DNA of 36,887 nt. Origin: Tubiluchus corallicola. Its lineage: Eukaryota > Animalia > Priapulida. Below, in pieces: positions 10,881 through 25,200 of this stretch. The DNA lies in NCBI GenBank assembly GCA_030141605.1, contig JAQGDQ010001514.1:1-36887 (forward strand), in the 5' to 3' direction. Each line of letters opens with the position of its first letter. Within the stretch, counting starts at the first letter, position 1. Position numbers and translations under genes: made by a program. Below the pieces are notes generated by a model. That model was not told where the DNA came from. It saw nothing but the letters and a program-made list of their open reading frames with translations, and did not search any database.

Positions 10881-13159
10881 ACAAATTCAACAAATTGCAT
10901 GCAGAAATGGAATATTATTCCTTTATTCATTTATTCGTTCAGGAAAATATTCATGCTGCAAAATTTAAAGCAGATAGAGCTAACAGAGCGCCAGAGCCTT
11001 TTCAGGTATTAAATTAGAAACGATTGCTTAATTTCCTAACAGCAACTTGTCTCCAAAGAACAAAAAAAGTTCGGTTGGAATTATGAATATTAAAGCACGA
11101 AGATGTAGAAACAACAATAGCGGCTACAATGACAGCATCAACAGCAGCAGTGAAACAGAACCTTGACTCTGACAGGAAGGCAGCTGATAGAAAGGATCAT
11201 TATTGCGCGCTATCACGAGATTCCATCAAATTTTGTAAAGTACCATGGTGGAAAATAATAAACTGGCCCTCTATAATTGTACATGCGAACAGATGTACAA
11301 ACAACCCACACGAGCAAGAATAGAGCCTGCCTAAGTATGAGTATTTGGTTGTTTTATTTTTATGCAGCAGTATTATTAAAATATTAGGATTAGATGAAAT
11401 TCTTGTGATCAGTTGAACAGAAATGAAAATTAATGATAATAATACATTTATTATTGACATAATTATTATCTACCTTAATGGAATAAAAAAAATAACGATA
11501 TATGTGATTCGATGACAAGATAATTATTTATTGTGTTTTTTCAAGCAAGGTTATTCTGACACTTATTCTATTACAAAGTTGAAAAAAGTACATGTAGTAC
11601 AAAATAATCTAATACAAACCTGTTTGTGCTTCACAAATTGTCAATTTATGATTTACAGTGTTTTTTCTTTAGTTCATATTCAAAATTTAGGAAGAAACAT
11701 CATAAATAAAATTTTAGTGCAACAAATGCATTACATAATGTAATTGCAATATTTTTGTTGAAATGGATACAAATCTCGAGATGACTAACTGCATCGACAA
11801 GCTATGCACAATTAAAATGAAACAAGTTAAAAAGTCACTACATAAAATTGCATCTGTTCAAATTGTAAGCCCAATATTTTCAACACTAATCTCATCATGT
11901 TCTAAACTCACGTCTCAAAGCAAACTGCTGAGAAATTATCACACAGGTTGTAGGAAAATACTCTTTCACATTGAGAATTAATTACATTTAAAAGAATGTA
12001 GTTTTTAATCAATAATCAAATGCAATATTCAGAAGGCTCCTCTTTATTTTGTCTTTCCTGGGCTTGAAATTCAAGCTTTTAAATTTCAAGTGTGTAATCA
12101 CTCTGCTATGTTTTCTTAAATCTTTCCCAAGTGCGTAATTCCGTCTTAGAATTTTTTCTGCTTTATTTTCTTAACTCCTTCAGTGGCGTCTTTCTCTAGG
12201 CTCCTAGGCAGATTTAATGACACAAGATATTTTTAAGTAAATTTCAGAAATTTTTCATTTCGCAATGAAAAACAAGTTCTAAGACGAATATTTAAGGGCC
12301 TCGAATTTGAAAACTGTTTCTTTTCACAGGGGTAGCAGTTCTTGAATTGTTGATTTGCTCAAGAATGTAATAACATCGAAAAATATTTTAGTTCACTGTA
12401 CGTTTATAGGAAACTATTAATATTTTTAAATCAATGGCAGATAGAATATGAAATGACGCTGAAATAATTTACAAAAATTTCTCCCCCCAGCATTTTCAGT
12501 AATATCTGGTTAACACAGTTTCATGTGTAACGGTATCAGCAGATTTGGCAAAATGTTAATTTTTCACTGAAAAGACAAAATGCCCCAAAATCTTTCTCAG
12601 TTATAGGGCATTCGGTTTAATCAGTTTTTCTTACTTAACTCTTTCTCTGGTGTCATTCTCAGGTGTTCGGGTGTGGGTAATTTACACAAGATGTTAAAAT
12701 GTGGGAAAATATTTTTCTTTGCTTCAGAGCCACTTTAACCCAGCTCAAAATCAGTAAGAGAACTTGAATAAAACAGAATGTAAAGATTCTTTTGTTAACG
12801 ATACTGAGCACTTAATGCTTTCTCCATTTTATCCAAACAGCAATTACTATTAAGCAGTCTCACCCTTTATTATCATAAGAAAAGCTTTTTGCCCAATATT
12901 TGCTATACAAATCCTCTAGAATCCTTTAAGTTCAAAAGGAACAGTTTGCAAACGCAGTTTAATACATTGAATATCTATGATTATATTGTTCATTGGTGGA
13001 TTGGATCTAATGGCATTGATACAGCATGCAGTTTCAACCTTGGACAAAAATTGTTTTGCTATGCAACTATGCTGTCCGTGTTGGTGTTGTAGGTGTCATC
13101 ATCGTCATAATCAATAATCTGTATACAATATGTGTGCTTGTATAGCACAATAGAATAAC

Positions 13160-13440
13160 TTTGTAGAAAGTCATCAACATGTCAAACTGATCTACTGCCC
13201 CCATGTTGTACTATTTTACAATTGCAGATCAACCTACATCAACTTTTTGTTTTTGCATTCTGTCATATCGTTTCACCTTCTGCACGGGATTTACACCAAC
13301 TTGAGTCGACAGTTAATGTTACAGATTTGTTGTATTACCAGGGAACAGCGTTTATTTCAGAAAGTATGTCCACTTTATGTCCAATTATGTACACAATATA
13401 AAGATAAGTTAGTTGGTCTGTTTGTACAACATGCTTGCCT
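13160..13440 (-). mobile_element. Second piggyBac transposase remnant
   Basis: VPW*YNKSVTL(frameshift)STQVGVNPVQKVKRYDRMQKQKVDVG*SAIVK*YNMGAVDQFDMLMTFYK matches the W-x-DNK-x-V ... YN-x2-MGGVD-x2-D block. Confidence 0.8.
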
Positions 13441-13587
13441 TCGAGAAAACATCTCAAGCCCCCATTATTAAGTTTATTTAGATTTTTCTATTTTCTTGAA
13501 AGCTGTCGTGTTGCTCATGGATAAGTACATAGATGGATAAACAGACAGATTGATATACAAAATATGAAATAGACAAATCTATAGAAG

Positions 13588-13590
<3 letters not shown>

Positions 13591-13620
<30 letters not shown>
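13591..13620. repeat. (GA)15 microsatellite, just downstream of the predicted GT8 stop codon
   Basis: Direct reading. Confidence 0.95.
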
Positions 13621-13623
<3 letters not shown>

Positions 13624-13702
13624 AAGTTCATGGGCAATAAATCAATTGCAATTTATGCTTTTGGAGTCATTCCATCGTTTTCTGTGATTTTTTTTATCTT
13701 TT

Positions 13703-13855
13703 TCAAGCTGCTTGATTCATAACTCTATGACTATTATGCACTGAAACAACCAACGACTGCAATAAGGAACTGCTATATATATGATGCTGCCACAGATAAT
13801 TCTCTAGCCTTGGAAGTTCACTGGCAACGCATTCAGTTGGATCACACAGAGGCAG
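13703..13855 (-). CDS. GT8 gene, predicted terminal exon 7
   Basis: Strong phase-0 acceptor TTGCGTTTCTTTCAG| followed by LPLCDPTECVASELPRLENY...NQAA*. It brings the protein to typical family length, but sequence similarity is weak. Confidence 0.5.
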   Translation of the reverse strand: MPLCDPTECVASELPRLENYLWQHHIYSSSLLQSLVVSVHNSHRVMNQAA

Positions 13856-16800
13856 CTGAAAGAAACGCAATATTATTTTAGTCACTATGACTAGAATATG
13901 TGGCGCTATTGAACAATCACGAAGATATTACTGACTATATAGTAAGATTTTAACTACTTTTCTATTCAGAATTATATCAGCTATTCAATGGTGTATTTGT
14001 TTAAAAGTGATTTAATTGGACAAAATTAAGAAAAAGACACGCTCATTTCAGGCACACCAACTCAGCCAATAATGTAGCTTAGTCTCGTGGAACTTGGGTG
14101 ATCGTTCACACTAATTTACTAATCGCCGCCTTGATACAGCCAAAGCTGTGCAGTGTTCTGTTGCCAGTCCAGGAAAAACCTGGCTAAATTAAGGTCAAAT
14201 TAAATCTCATCTTTTAACAGGAATTTCTCCTTTTAAGTACTACTCCTCTTAGAAAAATAGAGTAGTCTTGAGGCCAATGTGTATCAGAGTGTTGTGTCTA
14301 GATAGTTGAAATTTCCTGCATTAGCTGATTTTACACAAATGATACATTGCAAACACTGCTGTCACTGAAGGCTTTTTTGAATTTATTTGTCAAAAATAAA
14401 TTTTTAATCTGTCAAAGGTAAGCAAATCCATTTAATATATATCTTTGCATGGAAGTGCATTGCGTGAGGTGTAGAAACATACAAAAATGAACAAACATAA
14501 CGTAATTGCTGCTTACTGAGAGCAGTTTTTCATGAACCCATGCAAAGTGCAGCAAATGCACACTGTCTTGAAAGAGAAAGAGTTAATAGAGAATCATTGA
14601 CAAAAAATCTATTACAGTCCGGTCTTTTTTAATATTTAATATTATGGCATCATGTTTTGGGATGGTATATAAAAAAGTAATCTGGAAGCTCTACAAATAA
14701 TCCAAAACAAAATTCTTAAATTAATATGTTAGGATTTTTTCTGAATTTCAAGCACCGGGTGGCAGTAGTATAAGACAGGTAAAAGGTGTGGGTGTAGTCA
14801 CTTACTTGGCAAAACTTAATGTGTGAATTGAATTTTTGTTATTGTGTCTGCCAAATATTTGTATTTTTTCTTGTCTTAGTGGTACATGTATTTCATCTTC
14901 GAGCCAACTATATGCTGCTATGATGTAAGTAATTAAGAAAATTAAACCACTCCTTTTCTGAACTTCTAAATTTGCATTCACACGTCAGAAAACGTGCTAT
15001 AATACTTCAGGATGTATTTTTGCTATTTAGTTAGCTATGTATTTTGCATTTGATTATTTTGCGCTACACAATGCTTTGTTTCGACTTATCATACAAACTT
15101 TATGTATGTTTTTCTTAATTTGCAGATTAAATGGTAACACTACAAAAAAGAACTTAAATAATATATCATGTAAGGTATGATCATCCCACAATCTACTTGT
15201 GTACTCTTAAAGTGAAAGAAATATATTATATATATTGTCTTCATTTCATTTATCACTATCATAATTCACTTCTTCCTCCTTTCAGTTATCCCTTAATCCA
15301 GTTTCAAATCAACATGATCATCACACAAGATATTCAGTCGAAAACGATATACTTCAACTTTCAAAAACAAATATAACGAAACAGTCTTCAAAATATAACG
15401 CTATTAAAATAAGGTGATCAATTCCACGTGAAATGAAAACTCTTAAAAAAGTTTAAAAAAGAATCAACGAATTGCTTACTACAATGGTATAATTAACTCA
15501 CCACAGTTTGACTCATCCCTGAACTGATCTTGTTCAAATTTATACGTTATACCTTATGAGAATTACTATGTAACGTTAATTGGTGCACTTATCGGAAGGC
15601 GGACTCGAAAACAAATGATCCTTCCTCCTCCTCATTGTGACTGTATATTATATAATGTGTCAAAGTTTTGTTTGTATGATGCACTGTGAAATAAATTTAT
15701 AATTTTAATAATTCTGGAGGTGGTGCACGCTTACAGTGGTGCAAGCCCTGACAAGTTTTTACTTATGGTGCTTGCCGTGAATGGAATATGCATACTGTGA
15801 TATCATAATCATTAATATCTAATGTATACATACTTTTTTCATTGTTTGCATAGACTGTATAACTGTATTCCCAAATAAATAAATTACCAGCCCTGTAAAA
15901 AAAATCATTAATATTGTTTAGTCTTTCCTACATTATATTTTTACGTTGTTGCAGCTTAATTACATTTATAACGAATCTCCACATGTTCTTGCGCTCGACG
16001 GTGTTATTTTTACTTTGTTCTCATGGTTGTAAATATGTATGCATGTATCTGTTTAGCAATTCACAAGTCATCCGAACGATGAGTGTATCTATTAATTAGA
16101 AGCAAGAGTATAGATAGTTGAATACCAAGAGACCATATTGGATGTCATCATACTTAAAGTTGTTTAAAAAATGACACTATGTGTTTTGCAATATACGAAG
16201 CTTAAGTTTTAAAGTGATATGAATTGTATGTATTTGCCAGGAAATTACACATCTCGCTACTCTAAAAGCAACTCACCTACTTTGAACCTACTTTGACAAC
16301 GTTTTCTATATGTTTTCTTGGAATTGGTGTTAATGCATTGTTATGTCTGTGCATACAATTGATAACAACTTACATTTTGATACAGCTGATATATTAAGTC
16401 TGTGCATCAAATTGATAATAACTTACATTTTGATACAGCTGATATATCATTCTCACCAATAGAAACTCAGGAAAATTCGAAGAATTTCTGTAAAAATGCA
16501 TTGCCGTGCCATGAAGAATACCAAGTCCATTAACTTTTGCAGATTTACATATTTGATTTTGTCGAATAATATCCATTGCGATGTTCCATTCACATGGTAG
16601 GACAAAGATTCTATCTGCAATATGATAATCTGCACTTAAATCTCGTTTCTGAGGAAGATAAACAAATGGCATTTATTAATTTGACAGCACTCATCGGGCA
16701 TTTCTCCTTTTCACAGTAAATGAAAATTTGATTAAATCTACAATCAATTTTTTACCAATGCCAGGAACTTGACACTATAATAGAACTTGCAAGGGTGGCT

Positions 16801-19800
16801 TCTTATTTTGAGCACATGAAAAGAATTTTCAAATATTTGCTTGTTATTAACTTTTAATCTAATAATTGCAGACTTCACTTAATGTTATTTCCTGTTTGCA
16901 GTTGCATTCCGACTACGACGTTAAACTGAACATAATCAGTTTAACATGAACAGACATGACGATTTTAATTATTTCATATTTTGACTCTTGACAATTAAAC
17001 CAAGCTAGTGCTCTATGAACCACCGATTGCGATTATGATTATCATGCAATGTTAAGCATATTTATTTTGCATTTCGTTACCAGTGTGTTTTCTCCCATAA
17101 ATGTTCAATATGCATTGGTCTCCTGTGACAGCATCCTTGTGAAATTCTCTAAGCATTTCAGTTATCTCAGAGGTAAAGTTTACTTTTCGCATGTTGTTTA
17201 ACTTCATCAAAAGTACGCCAGAGTTGAAACCTGAAAATACAGTAGTCTGTTGGCATTAAATAAAATTTGTTGGGGTAACACTTTGTAAGTTGCTACTTAG
17301 GGGTATTCATNCTACGGCAATGTACAAAATCCACGGTTACAAATCAAAACTATGTCATGAGAAGGCTTATGAAAAATTTTTCCTATGTCTAAGCTAAGCC
17401 AAGATCAGCTAAAATAGTCCCCTTGCCAGGCACTTTACGTTGCACAACTCTGACTACGTTTTTACGTTTTGATATAAGTTATGCCATAAAATCAAAACAA
17501 CTTTATATTTCACATATATATATATATATAATACATTCCACCAAAATTAATTATACGATTTAGTTCAAATGTGTAATAGGGCCTTTGTGGTCTCTTGCTT
17601 TATAACAACTTTAAATTTTTCGAATGCACACAATACGGTATAGAGCATTTTCTCCAAGGAGATTAGCTACAGTTGCTTATTGAATTATGTAAACAAGCTT
17701 TTCTGCATTCATGCTGCATTAAACTATTTTCCAAATGTTGTTTTCCAGGAATAGCATGATGAATTCATATAACAAGTTTGTGGCCTATTCGCAGATTATT
17801 TAACGGTATTTAATTCCTATGAAAAAAACAGTCTGTGCAGATTTCTTTTCATTATGAAAGTCACTGAAACGGATACAGTAATACTGTAAACTGTTACTAC
17901 AAACAGATACTGTAATAGTAAATTACTTCTGTTCAGTAAATACTACAGCCTACATTTTAATTATGGTTGTATTCTATGAGGTAATAAATGTTTGCTTTTG
18001 TTTCAGACAGATACCATTCTGTTACCTAGAAGATCCTTTGTAGTTGACGTATAATGAAAGTTACCTGACAAACCAAAAAGGTGATTTTTTAATTTGCTGA
18101 TTCTGTACAAAGTTCCCGGCTTGCCATTGTTCTCCATTACAACACCTAACATCTCATTGCTATTCATCTTGTCAAAATACGACCACAGCAAGTCCAAAGG
18201 CCTGGTAATGATAATGTCAACATCCAAATATATTATTCTACTAATGTTTGGTAAAGCATCCTGCAAAATATAATTATTTTAGAGCTGATTGATAAAAATG
18301 CTCTTATTTTTTATTAGAAATGACAATATCATAAGAACGAGTAAAAAGCAGAGAGCATTTTAATTCAGGAAGCATTTTACTCAGTAATCGCTGTGTTCTG
18401 GGTGGAATTAATGGCATTCAGAAATACTGACCACCATTCCTGTGCATGAACAACACAAACAGGAAGTAGGCAAACCGTTTCCATTACTGTTAAGAATATG
18501 CATTAGCAATCATGATTTTGTGAAGTCCCTTAAATTTTTAATCTTATTTTTACCATTAGCTTAATTTATTCTTGTTGAATGTTATTAACTTTTACAGCCT
18601 TGAATGTTAGAGAAATAATCACTGTTTGTTTTCGATTGCTTTCCCACACTGGAAGTAGTTCGAACGTTTGAACAAACAATAATATTTAGTTAAGCAACAC
18701 TGTCACAATAGATGACTAATGCCTAGAAATAATGACCTTATTGTGACAGGTACTCCAACCATCCAACGCCCAATTGCATGTAGCATAAAAATATATTCAT
18801 TTATTTATATATTGGTGACAACTTTGCACATCATTTCAGTGGGGAGTCTCATATCAACTCAATAGTCAAGTTAGAATTTTTTTGCTGAATATGACTTAAT
18901 TTTTTAAATAAATTCTAACTAGGCCTTAAAGCAAAATCGAAGATTTGCTCCACCACCAAACATTTTGTTGTTTAAGTATATTGCATCTTTAATTAATCAT
19001 AAATGTAGATTACATTTTTTTGTTTTTTTTGCTCTGTGATGATTGTTTCAATAGATACCTATAGTTTTGTCAAAAATGTCTTTGTCTTGTTTCAACTTGT
19101 AAATCATTCTTATCATCTTTCCTGTCAAAGACTGCTAGAGTGCAGTAGAAACACTGAATTTTTCTAATAAAAGTTAATAAAATTTTCACTGTTAAATTAC
19201 ATTATAGCAAAGTAATGTTAAACTAGACTGATATACTAAAAATAATGTAGAAATTTATATAAAAGAACACTCTTGATTGAATGACCTATGAGGCAATTAT
19301 AGGGAGCAGTATGTCTGGAAAGCCTGGAATCAATGACACTAGATGTAGCTAAGTAAAGGAAAAAAGAAAAAAAATGAGATCAGAAAAAGATGGATTACAG
19401 GAAAATTCAGGTATGAAGGGGACGATTTCAATGAACCCTTCTGTTTATGAGTTGAGTGAAGGTTTAAATGCCATAGTTTTTTAATCATGAGGTATTTTTT
19501 TCTGAGCTGTGTCAATAATCCTGAAATTGTCTATTGTAAAAGGGTGATTGTAGCAGGCAGATTATGCTTTCTACAGTTGGCTGTTTGTTTGCTTGCGCTA
19601 TTTTTTGTGCAATACGTTAGTTGTGTGGTAGTCGTTATTATTGTTGCAGCAGTAACAGTCATGTTCGTATGTTACAAATGCAGGAAAGGTATAATACGTC
19701 AAAAAACAAGACGTTATTGCTGACAAATATTGGTCTCATGGATGTTACTGTAAAGATTGCGTTGTCATTTGCTGCTCTTACATCATTGAAAAAAGGTAAC

Positions 19801-22198
19801 TTCATGTACTTGTTTTGCGAAGTGAGCATGCTGTCGATGGTAGAATTGTGATTCTCTGGGTTTTCACTATTGATTATTTTTCTAATCTGTTTTCTAATAA
19901 TGCATTTCACAGCGTTTAGGCCACATTCACTGCTTTAGTTCAATAAGCAAGCTCCATCAATCACTCACTCAAAACCGCAAGAGTTTATTTATATTCTTCT
20001 CCTAAATTAATTTTTCTGCAATCCCTTTTTTCGATGCCCTTATTCCTTTTTGGCTAGGTAAATCTTGTGGCAATGATTCCAGTCTTTCCCTATTCATACC
20101 TGCTCTCGGTGATTGTTCAAAAACTGGCTTCTGTTGACAACCTTGTTATGTAAAACTTCTTATGTGTCAGATCAGTTTTAAATTTCATCATTCAGTTGAG
20201 CAGGAAGTTCTACATAGTTTTTTTTCTTAATTTAACCAGTGATAGTTTGAACTAGAGCGACAAGTATTTGTATTTTGCAAGTGAAGATATATTTTACTTT
20301 AGTCTAAATCTGTAAGCAGACATTATTGGTTTTCAATGTTTTTTAGATTTCCATTATTAGAAAAACAAACGTGTTTCTTCAACAGATTTTCATTTCAGGA
20401 TATACTAGAAGTCTGTAAAGAACTTGCCTTTATGTTATGTATTTATTATTTTATTTCATTTTTGTTTAGTCAAGTTGGAAAACTTGACAAGAAACATACC
20501 ATGGTTAAAATAAGTTTATTCAGGCTGAAAAGAGTAACCTCAAACTGCTGTCAGTAAATAGGCATGTAATTGAACTTACTGCAAGAAAAAGTCTGATGAC
20601 GGCTCCTCTTTTAAAAAAATTTAACCATTTTATTGGAATATTATCTGTTTCATGGAAGGTCAAGCTGATATCTTTGTTCCAACTGCTGACCTAAAAATAA
20701 AAGCAGTTCATGCAAAACACATCGCGATAATCATTGTGATGTTAATTTAATTGAAATTTTCAACAACTGAATTCAAGAAATCCGGAAGGCAGACCTGGTG
20801 TATCTATTCCAGGTTGTTATGCACAAAATATCCTGTTCGTTTCTTTTACGCTCTTACCCAGTTACTTGGTCACCTTAAAAGAAGTGTAGGGTTAACAGCC
20901 TGTACCATTTTACTACGTTTCACTTTATCCCATATATTATTATGCTTTTACAGATGTATAAATTCCAATTATTCCCAGCTTATGCAAAATTATAAATCGT
21001 TAATTTAGTGATCTTCCCAATTAAACAGTGCTCAATACTTTGCATTAACTAGTACAAACAATTAACTATTAGCCGCCCAAGAACAAATAAGGGGAAAATT
21101 TGCTCTCTCATAACATTTACCATACGATTATAATGGGCACCTTTCTCCAAATAATAATTGCCTAATATACCTTTCTTACAGTGTTATAGTATGATGTTGG
21201 TCTATTATATCTATTCCACACTCAGAGGGTATAGCATAATTATTACCCTGATCACAGGGTCATAGACAATGAGTTTACAATTAAGAAAACCACCGACCAA
21301 GAGTTTGTGTGACTGCTAGATGGCTTTCCTTTTACGGAGCACACAGCAGCATCCCTGCCGTAGCCTAGTTTTTCTATTAATTTATGGTTTGAGGTCAAGA
21401 GTTATTGTCCATTTGTAATCTCTTGGTGACTAGATAATATGTGGAATTTGTTATGGTTTATTTGTTTTCGCAGTGAATGAGCATGCGCCAATATGCGATG
21501 TTTTAAATTTTGTTGCTCGCCCTAATTTGGCAAAATTGACTAAGAATAACTACTTTATGTGATTTAAAAATGTAATAGAGTTACGTAGAAATTCTGAATT
21601 TGCAACGTCCTAACGAAGACACTATGAGGTTCTTGGAGAAGAGGGATTTTGAGAACGTTTTAATTTTAAGACGAAATTTTGGCTTACCTATCGCCATTGC
21701 ACTCTTGTATGCTGTAGCCTGGATCACCGGACTACCTGCCATTACTAATGGGCCACCAATCAGCACACTTTCTCATGAGTATGACATGTCTTGGTGACCA
21801 CCCACTCAACAACATTTCACAGCATTGTCGAAGCAGGCACTTCGATCAGCTCATTTAGATGTATGCTGTGACCGCAATTCATCACAGCAGGAGGAACTTT
21901 TGATAAATGTTTTTCTCGCAACATGTCCTCAGAACAATGACAAGATACTATAAGCACTTAAGCAGCTTGCTGCTCTATGCAAACAATAAAACGTGGGTGT
22001 GTGGTTAAAGTAGAGAAACACGTGAGGACTGGCTGAGCGAATGAACATAATCTTCAAAAACCAGATAAAGTAAAAGTAGAAAATATTTTGCTGCCAGAAA
22101 ACTCTTGCTTGCAAAAGTAAAAAAAATAATGCAAGTAGCATTTAATTAATGTATTGTGCACGAAAGCAATTACATATAGGCCTACACTATTACTATTA

Positions 22199-22252
<54 letters not shown>

Positions 22253-25200
22253 ATTATTTAATATTTATCATTATTATTAATTATTACTTATGCTAAACAT
22301 AAAAGTTAGAGAATCACAAAATTTTGCACCTTAGGTAACTGCCTAGTTTGCCTAGTGTTAGGTACAGCCGGGCCCTGACTGAACTAAATAACATGAAATA
22401 TATATATATATATATATATCCGGGAACACAACAAAAGTGCACAGCCTCAACAAAGCTGGCCTTATATACGCATTGCCAGGTCAATAGCCCCATGATCTAG
22501 TTGTCATGCAAACTTGCAGCAAATTAAGTCTTATGACAGAGTAACAAATTTTGTAATTGTAGGCTTACTAGCTTGTAATTTCTAGTGGTCAAGAATAGTG
22601 CTGCTGGTGACAATCTCTCGTCTCATGGTCATTAACACGTTGTTGTCCTCAACAACAAGAAGAGCGACAATTATAATAATGAAGGATTTGTTATAAGTTG
22701 ACTGACATTCATGACAGTAATGAGTTACTAAGGTTTGCTTTTTTATCTGCAAGAAGCTAGTTTTGTTGTTTGTTTGAACATGTTCTCTGCATTCTTTGCA
22801 TCTGCTACACGGCTACATATTTTACATATAAAATAACTAATGTGCAAAAGAAAAAAGCACAAACAAAACAATTCAAGACATCTTTAACATTTGCTTTACT
22901 TACATTTTGCCAAAGGATGCGCTTGGTTTGCTCACTATCACAAAAAAGATGCAATCTTAGTGGTACTGATGTTACCATTAGGGCAGATTTTATCATATTC
23001 AGCGCCTCTTCTACGTGTTTGTAATCTCTTCCCAGAAGTGTGACCGCCACGTTGATGCTTGCCATCTTTCCCGTATTCTATTAAAGTAATAATAACTAAA
23101 AAAATGGAGTTGCGTCAAACAGGCTTTCTCACTGCATTATTGCTCTGAGCCTTATGTATCGAATTATAAATTGCTTCACCATAATCAACTACACCGGTAG
23201 TAAATAACGTTATAAACACACTTTAGCTTTCAGTGGATAGTGGCGCTGCTGCAGTTCATGGCGCACGTAAATTTGATAGTCTCTCGTACGTTTTTGTACA
23301 AAAGTAGATTTTATATTCTGACAAAATAATTTTGGACCTCGTATGCAGTTGACATTTATAGTGTTAGATCGTCTGTGCACTGGCAAGCTGTTCATTATAC
23401 CGGCAGTCTGTATAATTTTGACAAATTGATGATATTGCGGAGGCTTCGTTCAAGTTTTCCCGCCATTTGGAGCTTCACAAAGGAATTCGGTTACCGGTAA
23501 ACACAGACATACACGAGCGTACAGAATGACTTCGACAAGCGATCACAACATTACCCTGGATGAGTTTCGACTGTTAAACCCAAAACAAAGAGAAAAGTCA
23601 ATAAAAGTGAATTACTGAGGCTACTATCAGAATCAGAAATGACACCGCAAGCAGAGTCAGGTCTCGAGGACAGCAGTAAAGGCACTGATCTAGAAAGTCA
23701 AGCAACTATGGAAGCAAGGATTATTCAACAGGTTAGATTATTAATTTTTCCATTATCCAAGGAAATCTCTGAACTAAAGCAGCTCACAGATCAAGTCAAA
23801 TCTAGCCAGGACTTTATAAGCAGCAAATTTGACCAATTTAAAATGGAGCCAGATGCTTTAAAAAAGACCACCAATGATCTTACTAAAAAATTAAACGAGC
23901 TAGAGAGAAAGCAGGATGATTTAGACCAGTATGGGCGACGGGACACCCTCATTATCTCCGGTATACCCCAAGCTAGTGATTATGAAAATACTGACGAAAT
24001 TGTTTGTCAAGTAGGTCAAGCCCTCAATGTGAACATCTGTAAAGAGGACATCTCGATCTCCCATCGATTGCCACGAAAAGAAAGTGCTACAAGACCACCA
24101 CAGATTATTGTGAAATTTATAAAACGGAAAGTAAGAGACTGTTTGTGGCAAAACAAACCCAAGAGAAATGGATCTCTTAAGGCTAGTGATTTAGGGTATG
24201 TTTCACATAATCTTGTGTACATTAGTGAAAGTTTAACTAATCGTAGACGTGTATTACTTAACAAATGTCTCGAACTAAAAAGAAACAAAGTAATCTTGTT
24301 TGTTTGGAAAAAAATGGCCAGATTTTCATCAGGAAAGCTGAATCATCTGAACCCTTCCCTGTAAACAATTTTGATGATGTAGATAAATTAAAACACTAAT
24401 CACTTCTTCACTCGTTTCAATCAATATCCTATTGTAATGGTTAGCTTTAATTGTACTAAGTGTAATAAAACTTGCAAAGCAAATCAAAACTCAATTCAAT
24501 GTGATGTGTGTTCCCTCTGGACACATCTAAAGTGTACAATGTTGTCTCATCATGATTTTGTAAATTTAGCTTGTGATGTGCTTCCTTTGCAGTTCATTGA
24601 TGATGATGAATTTATGGAAATGACTATTCACTATCAATTTTCTAATTTTGTAAAAGATTTATCTTGCTTTTCATCAATTTATGACTCTTCTTCGCTAGTC
24701 CACTGTAATAGAGATGATACAGACATCGACAATTATAGACTTCAGTATGACAGCCAATACATTAATCTTGCAAATCTGAGTGATAAATCCACAGATAAAG
24801 CAAACAGTGACACATTTATAATACACTTTAACACATCAAGTTTGAGGAAATACTATTCAGACATGACTGATACATTAACACAATTTCAAAAAATGCCTGA
24901 GTTAATAGCGATCTCGGAAACCAGAATTCACGAATCTGACACTTTTTTATGTAACATTCCAGGATATTCTTTCATACATTATGATTCCAATACAGCTGCT
25001 GGTGGCGTAGGTGTGTATGTAAAATCTAGATTCAATTTTAAAATTAAACCTGAATACAAAATAAGAGCTTGTAAAAATGTTATTGTTAATGGGATTAGTA
25101 CAACTAGTAGACTAGCACTTGAGGACCTGTGGCTTGAAATTGCTTCCACCGATAACAAAAAATCTTTTATATTTGGAGTAATATATAGGCATCCAAACAC

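Noticed and set aside
17311-17311. Single N base in GT8 intron 4
   Set aside because: An assembly ambiguity or gap marker. The flanking exons stay in order and phase, but the true intron length is uncertain.
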